DNA of 64,000 nucleotides from Candidatus Latescibacterota bacterium (GTDB lineage: Bacteria; Latescibacterota; UBA2968; GCA-2709665). Shown here piece by piece: positions 62,102-64,000 of this stretch. Below the pieces are notes generated by a model. That model was not told where the DNA came from and did no database searches. It saw only the letters and a list, made by a program, of their open reading frames with translations. Position 1 is the stretch's first letter; every line of letters begins with the position of its first letter. The position numbers and the translations under genes are program-made. The DNA is taken from positions 2,944,001 to 3,008,000 of the forward strand of contig OZ250150.1 of the NCBI GenBank assembly GCA_965237675.1, in the 5' to 3' direction.

Positions 62102-62890
62102 TTACAGAAGCGACCTGACAAAACCCCCGTCAACCTGCAGCGACGTGCCCGTAATATAGCTCGACCGGTCCGATGACAGGAATACAACGTAATCGGACAG
62201 TTCCTGCACCGTTCCAAGGCGGCCCAGCGGTATTTCTTCGACCAGCGGCCGCATCGCGTCCTGAACGGAGATTCCCTTCGTCCTGGCGGTTTCCTCGAAC
62301 TCCTCCCTCAGAAGCTCGGTGTCGATAAACCCCGTACACACGTTATTCACCAGAATCCGATCGCGCGCGTATTCGTTGGCGAGGGTCTTCGCCAGGCCCG
62401 CAACCGCCGTCCGCAACACGTTCGACACTGTATTTCCCGCCGGTTGCTTGACCGCGAACGCGCACAGATTTGTTATCCTGCCGCCACCCCGCGCCTGCAT
62501 CAGCGGGAGGACCCGCCTGCACATCCGGAGCACGTAATTCAGGATCAGATCCGTGTACTCCCCCCACATTGCTTCCGTGACATCGGCAAAGGCGGCGGCG
62601 GGCGGACCGCCGGAATTGTTCACGAGAATATCGATCCCGCCGAACGCTTCCACCGTCTTTTCCACCAATCGATCCACGGTCTCCTCACCGGAGAGATCCC
62701 CGGCAACGGTGAGTACGTCCGACCCTGTCGCCGCCCGGATCTCCGCGGCCGCCGCTTCCAGCCGCCGCTCGTTCCTCGCACAGATGGCGACCCGCGCCCC
62801 CTCCCGGGCAAGCGCCATCGCGCACCCTTTACCCAGGCCCCGGCTTGCGCCCCCGACGACCGCCACCTTGTTCCTCAATCCCATATCCAT
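62102..62890 (-). CDS. SDR family oxidoreductase
   Basis: GASRGLG, DILVNNSGGP, SN..R, YITG..L.VDGG. Confidence 0.92.
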   Translation of the reverse strand: MDMGLRNKVAVVGGASRGLGKGCAMALAREGARVAICARNERRLEAAAAEIRAATGSDVLTVAGDLSGEETVDRLVEKTVEAFGGIDILVNNSGGPPAAAFADVTEAMWGEYTDLILNYVLRMCRRVLPLMQARGGGRITNLCAFAVKQPAGNTVSNVLRTAVAGLAKTLANEYARDRILVNNVCTGFIDTELLREEFEETARTKGISVQDAMRPLVEEIPLGRLGTVQELSDYVVFLSSDRSSYITGTSLQVDGGFVRSLL

Positions 62891-63095
62891 ATCAGACCTC
62901 CCGTGTAATTCACGCGGATTCGACCGCCAATTCGCACCCGCTTCCGTTTTCGCCAGGCGACCGACGGCCCCATTTCGATTGACATTCATTCGCTGCAGAC
63001 GCATGATACCGATTGCACCCTACCGGCAAATGACGGTGATCGGCCATTCTTTCGCTGACCGAGTTCGAAGATTGAACCAAGAAAGAGGTTTACCC

Positions 63096-64000
63096 ATGAG
63101 ATCAACCGAGATCCTCGCCCACAATTTCCGACATCACGGCCCCGCCACTACCAGCAGCCACCCCCGGGGTACCGTTGCCGCCGTCGACGGCGACGGCCGG
63201 AACGTGGTTCTCGTCTGGCTGTTCGACCATCGGGGCGGGTACGCGCTGCTGGTCATCGATGCCGCGACCGGTGAAAGCCGGGAGTTCCCCGTGCCCTTTC
63301 CGCCCGGAGGCGATTGCCCGTATGCGTCGCTCCTCTCGAGCCGGAATCGGTTCTACACCCACTTCAACGGTTACTTCGTGGAGTTCGACGTCAATACGCT
63401 GGGCTACACGTTTTGCCACGAAACCGCCCCCCGCATGGCGATGGGACTGACCGAAGACGACACGGGAGTGATCTGGTCTTCTACCTATCCGCACAGCGGG
63501 CTCGCGTCCTACGATCCGGAAAGCGGAGACTTCAGGGACTACGGGCACCTGTACGACCAGAACTGGCGCCAGTATCCCACCACCCTTGCCGCGGACGACG
63601 CCGGCTGGATTTACTTCGGCATCGGCACGACCCGGTGCCAAATCATTGCATTTGACCGGGAACGTGAACATGCAGCGCCGCTGCTGGCGGAGCACGAACG
63701 TTCCCGGGGAAGCGCGTCCGTCTACCGGGACCTCAATGGGAAAGTCTACGCCCTTCCACCGACAGGAACCCCATGGCCCGGGGACAACCCGGACGCGGAA
63801 TCATGGTACGAACTCCACCGGGGTGAGCGCAAGGCGGTACCCAGGCGGGAGAGGCGAGAAAAGCCCTATATCGCGGGAGATTCCGGCCACGTCCATCCAC
63901 ACTTCCCCGACGGCAGCACACTTCTGGAATGCTGCCTCTTCGATCGCGTGTTATCCGTGAAAGGTCCGGATGGCGTGCAATCGTCGAATGTGTCGTTCGA
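63096..64000 (+). CDS. Hypothetical beta-propeller-like protein (runs off window end)
   Basis: Not in ORF track; ATG 63096 after AAGAGG; MRSTEILAHNFRHHG...IWSSTYP...YDP...DDAGWIYFG. Confidence 0.7.
   Translation, partial: MRSTEILAHNFRHHGPATTSSHPRGTVAAVDGDGRNVVLVWLFDHRGGYALLVIDAATGESREFPVPFPPGGDCPYASLLSSRNRFYTHFNGYFVEFDVNTLGYTFCHETAPRMAMGLTEDDTGVIWSSTYPHSGLASYDPESGDFRDYGHLYDQNWRQYPTTLAADDAGWIYFGIGTTRCQIIAFDREREHAAPLLAEHERSRGSASVYRDLNGKVYALPPTGTPWPGDNPDAESWYELHRGERKAVPRRERREKPYIAGDSGHVHPHFPDGSTLLECCLFDRVLSVKGPDGVQSSNVSF

Overview
GC-rich bacterial chromosomal segment; the PhyH, EF-hand/dockerin and GHL10/BNR gene mix suggests an uncultured FCB-group lineage such as Latescibacterota (inference). 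1-12.3 kb is a patchwork accessory region with toxin-antitoxin pairs, small enzymes, gene remnants and REP-like repeats. 12.4-19.5 kb is a decaying, less GC-rich defence-type islet at the 3' end of tRNA-Glu: a truncated type III restriction Res-like gene and a ~1520-aa GHKL(sacsin-like) ATPase/DUF3883 nuclease gene split cleanly by an IS630. 19.5-39.4 kb is core and metabolic: tRNA-Val, zinc-ribbon, RNase HI, rnpB, pyrF, ABC-F, MDR dehydrogenases, mdh, a D-amino-acid-type cluster and a sulfotransferase. 40.3-64 kb holds a sigma54-type promoter ahead of a COG3014/LpoB-like/OMP operon, an HD phosphohydrolase, an HNH nuclease, glycan hydrolases, a BlaI/M56-DUF4837/TlpA-TonB module with a shared operator-like motif, a TetR-RND efflux operon, a DUF4143 ATPase and an SDR. 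Also seen: an IS630-derived MITE family, an insertion-like hairpin in RNase P RNA P3, two frameshifts and one in-frame TGA that may be real or assembly errors. All family calls come from motif recognition by eye; no searches were run.
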